Of a stretch of 64,000 bases of DNA, positions 28,630-41,812 are shown in pieces (the stretch's first letter is position 1; each line of letters begins with the position of its first letter). The DNA comes from Octopus bimaculoides (Eukaryota). The stretch is from assembly GCF_001194135.2 (NCBI RefSeq), contig NC_068983.1:62946324-63010323 (forward strand), given 5' to 3'. A model generated the notes under the pieces. It did no database searches and was not told the origin of the DNA. It saw nothing but the letters and a program-made list of their open reading frames with translations. A program made the position numbers and the translations under genes.

Positions 28630-28853
28630 GTTAAAGTCTGTCATACCGGCCATGACGAAGGGAAATAGCCCTGAAACTCGAGTCGCCTTTATATATATAT
28701 ATTTATATTTATATATTTATATATTTGATCCTTTATATTGAACACTCAATATTTCATCTACATTCAATACTTTCTTTCATGGTGCCATCCATTTTTATTT
28801 TATTTTATTTTATATTGTATATTGTATATCATATTATATATTGTATATTCCAT
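28630..28853 (+). repeat. ~220-bp repeat, near-identical inverted copy of 1004-1223, with hammerhead-like motif
   Basis: Reverse complement matches 1004-1223 apart from a 5-nt indel in an AT run, including low-complexity tracts. Confidence 0.92.
28648..28687 (+). ncRNA. Minimal type-I hammerhead-ribozyme-like motif (one extra base in core)
   Basis: GGC C(A)UGACGA AGGG-aaauag-CCCU GAAAC-UCGA-GUC GCC: 3-bp stem I, 4-bp stem II, palindromic stem III loop, GUC site. Confidence 0.5.
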
Positions 28854-29316
28854 NNNNNNNNNNNNNNNNNNNNNNNNNNNNNNNNNNNNNNNNNNNNNNN
28901 NNNNNNNNNNNNNNNNNNNNNNNNNNNNNNNNNNNNNNNNNNNNNNNNNNNNNNNNNNNNNNNNNNNNNNNNNNNNNNNNNNNNNNNNNNNNNNNNNNNN
29001 NNNNNNNNNNNNNNNNNNNNNNNNNNNNNNNNNNNNNNNNNNNNNNNNNNNNNNNNNNNNNNNNNNNNNNNNNNNNNNNNNNNNNNNNNNNNNNNNNNNN
29101 NNNNNNNNNNNNNNNNNNNNNNNNNNNNNNNNNNNNNNNNNNNNNNNNNNNNNNNNNNNNNNNNNNNNNNNNNNNNNNNNNNNNNNNNGTATCTGACATT
29201 TAAGATTCGCTGTAATGGTTTTTTGTAAGGTGTCAAAATCATTGCAATCTCCTTCTGCTTCTCAGAGAACTTCTCCGCTCTTCAAACTATGTTTGCAATA
29301 TATGTATATGTATACA

Positions 29317-29352
<36 letters not shown>

Positions 29353-29622
29353 GTTTATTAAAAACAAAAAAAAAACAGGGGAAAAAGACACCAAAAAAAA
29401 ACCACATCGTGAGGACATACACATGCAAAGTATTAATAAGACGCTCAGGGAAGGAAAAGAGTGGTTGTTTTACGTCTCAAGCTTAGTTCTTCACCGGAAA
29501 CAAGAAACATAAGAAAGTCCAAAGAGAAAGGAAGAAGTGGGCCGGAGAAAGAGTCAACAGTCCAACACGCACACACTCGCACACACGTTTGTATGCATGC
29601 ATGCATATATGTATGTATGTGA

Positions 29623-29960
29623 AGGCGCATGGCTCAGTGGTTAGAGCGTCGGGCTCACAATCATGAGGTTGTGAGTTCGATTCCCAGACCGGGCTGTGTA
29701 TTGTGTTGTATTCTTGAGCAAGACACCTTATTTCACGTTACTCCAGTTCACTCAGCTTTAGAAATGAGCTGTGACATCACTATTGCCATGTTGTATCGGC
29801 ATTTGCTTTACTCTGAGATAACATTAGTGGCATGGCGATGGGACGCTGGTATGCATGGGAGACTGCTGGTCTTTCATAAACGACCCTGCCCGGACTTGTG
29901 CTTTGGATGGGAACATTCTAAGTGCAATCCCATTGTCATTCATGATTGAAGAGGGTATTT
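29623..29960 (+). mobile_element. tRNA-derived SINE (family D)
   Basis: GGCGCATGGCTCAGTGGTTAGAGCG...GAGTTCGATTCCC (clear A/B boxes), core TTCTTGAGCAAGACAC..ATTTCACGTTACTCCAGTTCACTCAGCT. Older copies ~3880-4070, 5430-5595, 11590-11830, 20150-20290 (-) and 19693-19900 (+). Confidence 0.85.
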
Positions 29961-31519
29961 AACTATTTAATCACAACGTAACAGCTGAATTGAACATTTT
30001 ATAACTTTGTTATTATTTTCCCCTTCAACACTACGATTTACGCCTTATAACCATATCATTTTCCGTTTCATTTGTACTGGCGAATTTAGGAAAAATTAAG
30101 ATATTTCCCTTAGGTAGATACTTTGTAATTAATATTTTTTCTGATAGGTAAGCGCAAAAGAACAAAATGTAATCTCTGAAAAAGAAAATATTAAAGCAAT
30201 TCCATTTCCAACTGAAACCAAATCAATCATTTCACCTACAACGCACAAATCTTTCGTAAAGACATGTCCGCAAAACCTCTCATATCTACTCCTCTAAAAA
30301 AAAAAAAAAAACATTCATGCCTAATCGGTTAAAAACCAATATCAAGTAGATTGAGATGCTTGAATTCCGGTGAGTTTTCCATTTCCTTGCAAAGCAATTT
30401 GACCCTAAACCTAGTACATGATTATTTTTCTCTATTATCTTGCAACTTTAAGATTATCATTCCATTCGATAGTCGTTTTCCAGTATTTCTAACTTTTAAA
30501 GATGGTATAGTTTTCCGGTAGAGTACAGTGAGATATTGTTTATTAAATAGCTTCTTAATTTTAATAGACCGTTGAACAATCAACCACCCTGTACAATAAA
30601 CGAACTTAGTTGTTTGATATTTCAGAATCTTGAGTATACACATGTGAATGATCGAATACCTTAACTCAAACCCAAGTTTTACCTAGGACTTAAAAGTTTT
30701 CATATCTTTCCAGGTTAAAAAATCACATTAAAATATTACAATCACTTGATTGGAAATATTTATCCAAAGAAAAATAATCGTTCTCTCAAAAATAAAAGAA
30801 TATCTGTGATTAGATTGCAGAGTAGAAAACGCGGAAAATTAAGAGCATTTGGTTTGTTTTTATACTTTCTATGTACAAATCTTGCAAATGATAAACCTGT
30901 TCTCTTTATATTCATTAGGTCAGTAAAATATATGAACGAGTGGCAATTTTAAGGTGAATTCAATCGATTGCATTATAAACATTGGACATGGAACTAGTCG
31001 GCAAAATAATCCCTAGCATTGTAACTATGAAAGATAAAAATGAATAATTAAAACAAATCTTCCATGATAATCATCATATATAACAGAAGTAATCTAGGAA
31101 ACAACGAAGAATATAGATAATTATATTTTACAATTAAGCTTTCATGTAATGTGAATGATCTTTACAATAGAAAATGAGAACCGCTTCCTTCAATACCAGA
31201 TTGTTCTTAAGAAGAAAATGTTTTATTTAATTTTATTATTCATCGGATGAAGCTATCAAAACATATCGGGAAGTGAATTAAATGAGGCTCGATTCTTTCG
31301 AGTAGAAAAATTGGAGAGTAGATTCAATTCATGTCTACGTTTGAAAAGAAGTAATGGATAATATAAATATAGGTTCTAGATTAACAGTTAACGAGTTCAG
31401 AATTCGTATATAATCTTTGGTTTAGAGATTAGGTTCAAATTATACTGTCAGAAATCGTGACAAGGAAATTAATAGGTAAGACAAATTGAGTTAATCTCTT
31501 GTAAATTACTGCTTGTTAT

Positions 31520-31527
31520 ATTCTTTA

Positions 31528-31625
<98 letters not shown>

Positions 31626-31648
31626 CATTATCATCATCGTTATTATTA

Positions 31649-31691
<43 letters not shown>

Positions 31692-31692
31692 G
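31520..31692. repeat. (ATT)n array with ATC interruptions
   Basis: Direct inspection; further (ATT)n arrays at ~32973-33044, 33322-33423, 33927-34007. Confidence 0.95.
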
Positions 31693-31959
31693 AGAGTTTT
31701 ATTCCTGTATTTTTTTTTGGGGGGGGGGGAAGTTGCCGAGTGGCTTCCCGACACCTAAGGCATAGAATCTCACGGTAGACAGAGATAGGCCAATTAAATA
31801 AACACAGCAGAATCTTCATTTACAAAATTCAGCAAAGTTATATAGAAAAAATAATTCTTTACATGGAAGGTTATCGTTATCACATCGCCAGCGCTCTTCT
31901 CATTACATGTGACATTGTAGGTAAAACAATCTTTTGCACTTCTTCCAGGGATGGTAAAC

Positions 31960-32960
31960 CACACATTTGGCTAAGATCTAATGCATTCTTTTAGCTACAC
32001 AGTCATACATGCGCTGAAACCGTTTTTGTATTACGTTATTATACTCACACATGAGATGATTGATACTTCTAACTCCTTTCCTGTAGATTCTACCTACATT
32101 AAACTGAGTTTTCTCGATCCTTAACTCTATCAGATACTCCCTAATAGCTTGTACTTGAGCGGCTGTAATTAGCACTTCCGTCTCTCGTTTTAGGCTTCCG
32201 TCAGTCAATAAGAGCCAGAATTATTTATCTCTAACATTCTTGGTTTGTTGTATGAATTGACCATATAATTTCATTTCTTTGCATCCACCTACTCTCTTGT
32301 TCTTCCTTCATTTCCTGAATTCTCTTACTGTTTCAATATCATTTTAAAGTTCCAATAGTATTCTTTCTTTACTCTGCACAACATAATTTCCAACCCCAAA
32401 TCTGCGCTACCAACAGTGTCTCCTGCGTTTAGTAATCTTCTGTCACATTCCTTTCTTGGAAATGGAGTCTGTCGATACTACTTTTAGGGGTGGAGCGCGT
32501 TGTCCAATGTGAGCAGTTTTCTAGTTCTTCTATCCAAGTTCTGTCGTTCGTCTTTTGTCCATTTCAGAAAGGGTGTAGAACATCTTTATACTTTCATAGC
32601 CCTTATGTTTATGACTTGAATCATATTCCCTCCGTTTAATTTTATTTCGAGCACTTTTCTTATACTCATCTTCTACTCTTTAGTGACTTTCTCTCTCATT
32701 TTTCCTTCCATTACCCTATTGTCTTGCAGCATCTCTAGGCATTTGTATCCCTTATTATTCTACATTGATCAAACGATGCTTTCTTGCGGTAATTATATGT
32801 CATCAGAGTTTATCTACATAATTTACACAGCACGCTTATTTAACCCAAACTGCACTCCAGTATTCTTAGTGAAATTTCTTTGCTATTTGAATCAGCGAAT
32901 GTACATCTTACATTCTGTATATAGTTTGATGTTAGCCTTATAAAGTGAGTTATTTCTTCA
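31960..32960 (-). mobile_element. Older R4/Dong-type RT C-terminal/zinc-finger fragment
   Basis: Minus strand GVQFGLNK, KLNGGNMIQVIN, KWTKDERQNLDRRTRKLLTLDNALHP, TDGSLKRETEVLITAAQVQAI, YDCVAKRMH. Confidence 0.8.
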
Positions 32961-32971
32961 TCTTGATTTTG

Positions 32972-33044
<73 letters not shown>

Positions 33045-33047
<3 letters not shown>

Positions 33048-33321
33048 ATGTTTGACTTTTCCATTGTATTTCTACAAGTTGGCCCCAAGTCTTTCCCAGT
33101 AATCTCAAGAGACAACAAGCTAGAAGTTCATGTTGGTGTTATGCCTAGGTGTCATATATTCGGTTTTGCACATAGTATTATTCTAGAGAATGTTTAAGAA
33201 AGTTATGAGTTTGTTTTAAAACTTGAGATTACATAGACAGTAATTTACGTAGGATATGGGCAATTCCCATGAGCACTATCTTTTGAATTTCTGCCATTTT
33301 CGGGTTTCCTAGTTTGAGATT
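33045..33321 (-). mobile_element. R4/Dong-type 3' end, second subfamily
   Basis: Minus strand LGNPKMAEIQKIVLMGIAHILRKLLSM* plus a different ~180 bp 3' UTR; trinucleotide arrays both sides. Confidence 0.75.
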
Positions 33322-33346
33322 ATCATCATCATCATCCTCATAATCA

Positions 33347-33423
<77 letters not shown>

Positions 33424-33925
33424 GTTCAGTAGTTTTATTTTTATAACGTGCTTTCACTTCACTACCGAGCGCAGCTCTGTGCGCCTTGGGTATGCGCTGT
33501 GGTTTGCTGTGGTGCTCTTATGTTTACTGTATTGAAAGTGTTTTGCGTAGAATGTGTGCAGTACCCAGTAGTGCAATTTTCTGTATGTTATATATATTTG
33601 TAAGTCCTGGTGTTTTTGTTATGTATTTGTCTGANNNNNNNNNNNNNNNNNNNNNNNNNNNNNNNNNNNNNNNNNNNNNNNNNNNNNNNNNNNNNNNNNN
33701 NNNNNGGTATTGATACATCAATTAGAAAGCAATTTTTTCTTCATGATCTTTGACAACTATATCTGGTCTATTTGCCTTAATTTCTCTATCTGTGTGTATT
33801 GGCATATCCTAGAGTATGGTTGCTTTCTCGTTTTTTGTGACCTTTTCTGGCGTGTGTTTATACCATCATTTTTGTGTTGTTATTCCATAGTGTTGGCATA
33901 GCTTCCAGTGTATATAGGTCCCAGC
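33424..33925 (-). mobile_element. Young 5'-truncated R4/Dong-type copy embedded in (ATT)n
   Basis: Minus strand YIHWKLCQHYGI...WYKHTPEKV...KANRPDIVVKD...LIDVSIP [gap] IQKIALLGTAHILRKTLSIQ*; (ATT)n arrays on both sides. Confidence 0.9.
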
Positions 33926-34009
<84 letters not shown>

Positions 34010-34394
34010 GACACTGAGCTGACGGAACCGCTAGCACGCCAAACAAAATGCTGAGTAGCATTTCGTCCATCTTTGCGAGGTCCCTTTGTTCTGTTGGTGA
34101 GGAAAACACTTTGTCCAGTCGACGCATCTCTCTCATATTCAAGATCTATCATATTAACTCCTTACCAACCACGAAGAAACTGATGTTAGTAAACAGAATT
34201 TGAACTCAGGAAACAGAGAGACAAAATAGATTCAGGCAGGTCTATTATCCGAAAAATGAAACATTTCGACAATCTACCACCTGAGATTACAACTATATTA
34301 CAACAGCTCTGCAAATTTACCACCGTTCTATTGTTCCAAACTAATGTGTTTGAGTTTGTGTGTGTTTATCTATTCATGTGTGTATATACATATA

Positions 34395-35219
34395 CAGGGG
34401 TTGGACAAAATAACGGAAACACCTTAAAATTTGAAACAAATTTATTTTAATATGGGGTAAGACCGCCTTCGGCAGTAATTACAGCTTGAATTCTAGAAGA
34501 TGTGGACTCGACTCGTACAAAGTTTGAATTGTTTCCAAAGGAACATTTGTCCATTCTTCAGCTAAGACAGTCTCCAGTTCTTGCAGTTCTTGTATCGACT
34601 CTTTACTTGTTTTTCTAAAATGCACAATAAATGTTCAATAATACTGAGATCTGGGGACAGTGGGGGCCAGATATGATGTTCAACTTCACTAGAGTGTTTC
34701 TTGTGCCATTCAGTAACAACTTTAGCTGTGTGAATTGGTGCATTATCATCCTGAAAAATTGCGTTTCCTTCCGGAAACAGTTCAGCAACCATAGGATGAA
34801 TTTGATCAGATAAAATGTTTAAATAATCTTGCCTATTAATTATGCTATGAAGAGAAACCAGTGGGCCGGCAGATTTCCAAGATGTAGCCTCCCAGATCAT
34901 CACAGATCCTCCTCTATGTATAAGAGTTGGAAGAAGGCAGTCTGGGTCAAATGCTTATTTTGACTGTCTCCACACGTATACTCGGCTTGTAGTCGGAAAT
35001 AAGGTAAAGGATGACTCGTCCGAGAAAATAACATTCTTCCACTGCTCTAGCGACCAATTCTGGAGGTTTTCACTCCACTCTAAAAGCTTTGCAACGTTTG
35101 TTTTTGAAAGTAGTAGTTTTCTGATTGCAGCCCTCCCGTGAAATCCGGCTTTGTGCAGGTCCCGGCGAACAGTTTTTGTGGAAACTTGGTTCTCGAGGTG
35201 CAGTAATTTTGGGAGCTGT
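34395..35219 (-). mobile_element. Tc1-like transposon, 3' part, DD36E transposase pseudogene (runs into N-gap)
   Basis: TA + CAGGGGTTGGACAAAATAACGGAAACACC terminus at 34395. Minus-strand WKNVIFSDESSF...VWRQSK*AFDPDCLLPT...FQDDNAPIHTA...WPPLSPDLSIIEH with one in-frame stop and a 3' frameshift. Confidence 0.9.
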
Positions 35220-36060
35220 NNNNNNNNNNNNNNNNNNNNNNNNNNNNNNNNNNNNNNNNNNNNNNNNNNNNNNNNNNNNNNNNNNNNNNNNNNNNNNNNN
35301 NNNNNNNNNNNNNNNNNNNNNNNNNNNNNNNNNNNNNNNNNNNNNNNNNNNNNNNNNNNNNNNNNNNNNNNNNNNNNNNNNNNNNNNNNNNNNNNNNNNN
35401 NNNNNNNNNNNNNNNNNNNNNNNNNNNNNNNNNNNNNNNNNNNNNNNNNNNNNNNNNNNNNNNNNNNNNNNNNNNNNNNNNNNNNNNNNNNNNNNNNNNN
35501 NNNNNNNNNNNNNNNNNNNNNNNNNNNNNNNNNNNNNNNNNNNNNNNNNNNNNNNNNNNNNNNNNNNNNNNNNNNNNNNNNNNNNNNNNNNNNNNNNNNN
35601 NNNNNNNNNNNNNNNNNNNNNNNNNNNNNNNNNNNNNNNNNNNNNNNNNNNNNNNNNNNNNNNNNNNNNNNNNNNNNNNNNNNNNNNNNNNNNNNNNNNN
35701 NNNNNNNNNNNNNNNNNNNNNNNNNNNNNNNNNNNNNNNNNNNNNNNNNNNNNNNNNNNNNNNNNNNNNNNNNNNNNNNNNNNNNNNNNNNNNNNNNNNN
35801 NNNNNNNNNNNNNNNNNNNNNNNNNNNNNNNNNNNNNNNNNNNNNNNNNNNNNNNNNNNNNNNNNNNNNNNNNNNNNNNNNNNNNNNNNNNNNNNNNNNN
35901 NNNNNNNNNNNNNNNNNNNNNNNNNNNNNNNNNNNNNNNNNNNNNNNNNNNNNNNNNNNNNNNNNNNNNNNNNNNNNNNNNNNNNNNNNNNNNNNNNNNN
36001 NNNNNNNNNNNNNNNNNNNNNNNNNNNNNNNNNNNNNNNNNNNNNNNNNNNNNNNNNNNN

Positions 36061-36122
<62 letters not shown>

Positions 36123-37205
36123 TAAGGAGATGTAGACAGACAGTAAGACATTGATAAAGAAATTGACCGACATACTCATATTCGAATAACGAGCAAGTGC
36201 GTATCAATGCAAAGCACATTTTACTCTAAACGCATACACGTGTGTACAGTGTACACTCACAGAACAAACACACGCACATACAGACACACTCACGCACGCA
36301 CCTACACATCACGTTGTATTATATCAAAACAACACACCGCTTGAATGGTGAAACTAACTAAAATTATTTTCCACGCTTGAACTTCAATAACATTAACAAT
36401 TCCATCTTTTATGATTATATTATATTCTTCCTTTTTTTTTTTGCTTTTTTTTTTTCAAAACACCCAAAACATTCTTTAGAACCAAAGAAATGGAAAGAAA
36501 ATCATTATTATAGCACTTTCTTGCATAAAAAGCTGTTCTTATATATATATGTACACATATATCGTCTATTATTTTTTTTTATCTGGTGTTTAATCCTCAG
36601 ATCGATATCGTTGATCGAACGTAAGATAATGTTTACTTCCTGTAAATTACCGAATCACTAATGTGTAAAGAGTTACACAATTATATGAATGTCTTTTTCT
36701 CAACGGATCATTCTTAATTCTTTCTATGATAGAGTGCACAAATTTTGCATTACATGTAATAATAACTCTGCAAATATTTGTTCAACGTTTGTTTATCAAA
36801 TGGATTTTGCAGAATATGGAATTTGGAGAGAAATCTCACTCTGCATATACACAAAACTAATGTATTTGGAGGTACTTTAGAGGCAAATTTATTCCTGTGG
36901 TACTGCCTAGTATTACCATTAGATGGCGTTCCATTTTTATGCTCATACCTCTTGCAGTCATTGGACTCTGGCCAGAGCTTAGTTGATCAAACCGACCCCG
37001 GTGCTAACAGTTTTGTTATTTCTTCAAGCCTGGTATTTATTCTATTGTTGTCTAATACTGTACTATTAAATTACACAAACATACCATTATCGACTGTCAA
37101 GCGATGAGTTACAAATGTAAAGAGACACAACGCCCATGTGTGTGGATCTCAGCAATTGATATATATATATATATATGTTGTTGTACTTGGGGATGGTCAT
37201 ATTGC

Positions 37206-37249
<44 letters not shown>

Positions 37250-38551
37250 TAACACATGTGCATACATGTATGTCTGCTAAGAATACAGATGTGTCCGGAG
37301 ACAATGTTGAATATAGTATTTATTTACTTCAGTAGCATTATTTTATTCTCAAGCTCATTTTCGCTTTTCTCTTTGCAAGCAAGAGAGAGAGAGAGGGGGA
37401 GACAGAGAGACAGACGGACAGGCAAAAAGACAAGCTGACAGACAGACATTTAGAAAGTTGTCATTTTCGAAAGATGAAAGCATATTCATTGTCGTAAAAA
37501 ATAGTGAAGGAGAATAGCTATCTTGTTCAATTGTTCGCGTACACCTAGTTCAATATCTTGGGTTGTTACAGGGAACTGATATTATGAAAGGTGGATAGGT
37601 ACCTATCATTCTGAGCAGCCATCAGCCATGACAGATAACAGGAACTTTGAAATCAACGGGATTTAAAAGGATGCAATAGTAGGAAGGTGGATGAAGGTAG
37701 TTGTGAAGAGAGAGATGGAAGAAAGTAGTAACAGAGAAAGTGGAAGGTGAGAGGGACATTATGAAACCCAACTAACACCAATGAGTTCGGTTACCAGTTG
37801 GGTTATATTGATGTTAAAGAGGATTTCGGATAATTGCATGAATGTACATAAATGTTTATCTGTGTGTGTCTTTATTTATGTATAATTATATTATTACTCT
37901 AGATCTAACATATTGTTGTTTTGCTTTATTTTTTTTTCCCTGTCTTTAGTTAACTATGCTATCAGCAAATGATTATAGCTCTTTCCTTTTGTCAAATTTT
38001 AAACAACAAACACAATAGAAAGAAACAAAGAAGCAGGCAATTTTTAGTTTGTAATTGAAAAATTAAAAACACTGAATGAAATTTCAATTCAATCTGTCAC
38101 AGAATTACTAGATTCACGAGATGAACTCATTACAGAGTAATTAAAGTGAGTACCGTCTTCGAAAAAACGAAGAGAACGAAGTAACTGACACGTTACTTCA
38201 AACATAAAACGGCCGCAAGTCTTTAAATTTTCGTTAAAACATCATAATTACTAATATTTCAGGAGAAATTAGTTTGTATAAACTATATATATATATATAT
38301 ATATATATAAACTTCACCTTGCTTTAGGCTGCTCTATAATGGAACATTTTACAAGGGTTGGAAGTCCTGCGTGAAGATCAAATTTAGATGTATGATTTGA
38401 AAAAAAGCAAAATATATCAATAAATAAATAAAATTAAAATAAGAAATATATTATGGAGATGATAGAAATATTCTCATAATTTTTTTATAGTTTTAATATA
38501 TTCATCTCTGTCTGTTTGTCTGTCTCTCTTTCTCCTCTACCCGACTCTCTC

Positions 38552-38589
<38 letters not shown>

Positions 38590-39367
38590 CCTCTCTCTCG
38601 CTCGATCTTTCTCACGCACACATACAGATAGATGCTCTGGTTGTAATTTACTTAGGTCTTAAGGCCCGTATATGTACCACAAAACAACTGATTATTGATC
38701 ACCACTTAAGAAGTCATTAGTTAATCTTTACTTTCATAGTCCAAGTGTGTATTTGTCTGCAAATTGAGCTAATCAAAAATAATTTACAATTCAAAACAAC
38801 ATTCACCTCCAAAGTGAACACATCCATCGACTTTGTAATGAAAGAACCTCCATGTAGTTAATGAACCTGCTAGAACTAACTGCCAAATCTACTTCAAATC
38901 ACACTCAGTAAATCTTTTAAAAGAAGGTGAAAACACATTATCTGAAAAAAATGCTTGGATGGTCAACGCGAGATTGCTTTTGATCATAGGCCAGCTTAAT
39001 CAGACCTGAGCAGTATGATAATAACAATAACAAATATTCCTCGGTAGGAAGACGGTTTAACAAGGAAGGCCCTTGTCAGTGCTAAACTGACTAGAGTCAG
39101 CGTTAAGGTTTTTAGTATGGTTCACTAGTTACAAGAGTGAAGTGTCTCTGTTTCTATCCTGTTTTAAAATCTCAATGTACCAGGCCATTGTGTACGTGTT
39201 TTGGCTAGAACGGCGTTTAAAGCTGAAGATGGGATACAATTGACTGAGCATTTGACCAGTAAGGTAGGACACCACTGATTCCGTCAGCTACAGCACTGTC
39301 ACTTTTTTCTGAAGCAGATCTCAATCAAAAGTCACTGAAACATGCGGAATAATGTAGCCTTAAATAT

Positions 39368-39508
39368 AGGCATAGGCGTGGCTGTGTGGTAAGAAGTTTG
39401 CTTCCTGAAAATATGGATCTGGGTACAGTCCCACTGCATTTTAATATAAGCTCGGGCCGACCAAAGCCTTATGAGTAGACTTGTGGCACGGACTCTGAAA
39501 GAAGCCCG

Positions 39509-39550
<42 letters not shown>

Positions 39551-39832
39551 GAGAATGTACGAAAAAACAACAACAGACGAGGACAGGTGGTGTAAATAAC
39601 AAAAGGATGTATTGTGTGTGTGTATATATGTATACATGTTTGTGTTTGCATGTGCTTGTGTGTCTTTGTGTCTGTGTTTGTCCCCCATCAACGCTTGGCA
39701 ACTAGTGTTAGAGTGTTTACGTCTCCGTAACTTAGTGATTCGGCAAAAGTGACCGATAGCATATATATCAGGCTTTAAATAATTAATGGCGTCGATTCAT
39801 TCGGCTAAAACGTCTTTCAGGTGGTGCCCCAG
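39368..39832 (+). mobile_element. Family B SINE with internal (TA)n
   Basis: Same head, core and 3' half as 15627-16000. Confidence 0.85.
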
Positions 39833-40458
39833 TTAACCATTACTAAACGATTTCCTTAGAAGCCTCTCTGTCAGTCTTTTATTAAATTATTCTGCATTTG
39901 AGAAATTTATTTTACATTTCTCACGTTTCCTGCTTGACCTTATTCAATTTGATGTAAACTTCTAATAGCTCTGGGCAGCTGTAATGTAGTTGGTCGATCA
40001 ATCTCAAATCAAACCCTACAATTCTAAATAAAAACGAATATATAGGACAATGTGGTCCTTGATATCTTAAAATAAGTTGGTTACTGCTCGAATGCCTTTG
40101 GTCAAATATGAAAACTGTCTTGCATTTAAACCACAACTACATCAACATGAATATTCCATCTTTAATTCTCATATGATAAATCTAATGCAGTCTTCCAAAT
40201 GAGTGATAGCGTTTTAATTACAGTTCTTCAAGATGTAGTCTGTTGAGGTAGGACTGGGTGTCTTATTGCTTTCATTTATAAAGTCTATTCACTTCACTAA
40301 TGTTGATAACGCCGTTGAGAAAACAGAAATACACCGTAAGAGTTTTTTTTTCTACCTTGTTTGTCGAATGAATGAAGTCAAGATTTAAAACGAATTTAGT
40401 GAGAAAAATCGTCCTTACTGTATTGCTTTAAGTATAAGAGGTATATGGAACTGAATAA

Positions 40459-40831
40459 GTGGAGGCGCAATGGCCCAGTGGTTAGGGAAGCGGACTCGCG
40501 GTCATAGGATCGCGGTTTCGATTCCCAGACCAGGCGTTGTGAGTGTTTATTGAGCGTAAACACCTAAAGCTCCACGAGGTTCCGGCAGGGGATGGTGGCG
40601 AACCCTGCTGTACTCTTTCACCAGAACTTTCTCTCACTCTTACTTCCTGTTTCTGTTGTGCCTGTAGTTCAAAAGGGTCAGCCGTGTCACGCTGAATATC
40701 CCCGAGAAATACGTTAAAGGTACACGTGTCCGTGAAGTGCTCAGCCACTTGCACGTTTATTTCACGAGCAGGCTGTTCAGTTGATCGGATCAACTGGAAC
40801 CCTCGTAAGCGACGGAGTGCCAACAACAACA
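40459..40831 (+). mobile_element. Young tRNA-derived SINE (family C) with TSD
   Basis: Head GGAGGCGCAATGGCCCAGTGGTTAGGG...GGTTTCGATTCCC (A/B boxes), (CAA)n tail, TSD GGAACTGAATA at 40447-40457 and 40832-40842. Confidence 0.92.
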
Positions 40832-41772
40832 GGAACTGAATATTTTACTGATAACTGTTAATCCCTTTAGGATCCAAAACTTAAGTATTGATAAAACTAC
40901 TGAAATCACTTGATCCAAAACTACGCAGTCTCTTGAAAAAAACTTCACCTCTCAACAGGTTAAGAGCAATCGATATTTTCAAGTAATTTTGATGATGGAT
41001 GTAATAAGTGCTGTATTGACAAATTTTATATTGTTTCTTATTGCCTTCATTCGTTATTTAGCTCATTTGTGAAATTTCAAATCACCTTTATTACTCCTTC
41101 AGTATCTTATTGTAAAGAAAGTGGAGACTGCAGTTTAACAATGACTTGTAAAATTCTTGTTTATTTAGCCTGATAAATAATTACTATGAAATAATTACTA
41201 GGCTGTACTTCATTAGGCAATAATTAGTGATGTAAAAACATGACTTAACTTCGACCCCAAACCTAACTAGGTTTTCTGTACAAATGTATGGCCTTGTTTC
41301 ATAATCGAAACATTATATAATAAGATATTCTTGTCATTTAACTCCAGGTCCCTCAATCTAATACAGAAGACAGACCTATCATGAAATGCAATATTTTTCC
41401 AAGTGTAGTCTATAAAGGACTTATTTTCTGATGTGTCCCATTTTATGACGTTGCATTACAACCTTGGGAAATGTGTGCTGTCATTTCTAGCAAGCAGGGT
41501 GACCTCGCATAGAATATCCCATTAAATAGTGGCTGCTGGTGTTCTCATTGTTTTTCTATATTTATAATATCGAATGGCTATGTTTGTTGTTGTTGATGAT
41601 GACGATATAATTCTTGTTATGGCTATTGCTGAGGTTGACTTTGTTATTTCTGTCAAATGTACTATTGTTATAGATAATAATGATGATAATAAAGAGGAGC
41701 ATGAGATTTCCAATTGACTTTTGAATGCAAGCCATTCTTAGATCCACCCTATACGGCAAATATTAAATATAT

Positions 41773-41812
<40 letters not shown>

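Noticed and set aside
29623-29700. tRNA-like sequence (also 40461-40530, 46140-46208)
   Set aside because: A/B boxes continue into SINE bodies and no complete cloverleaf is evident; these are SINE heads, not tRNA genes.
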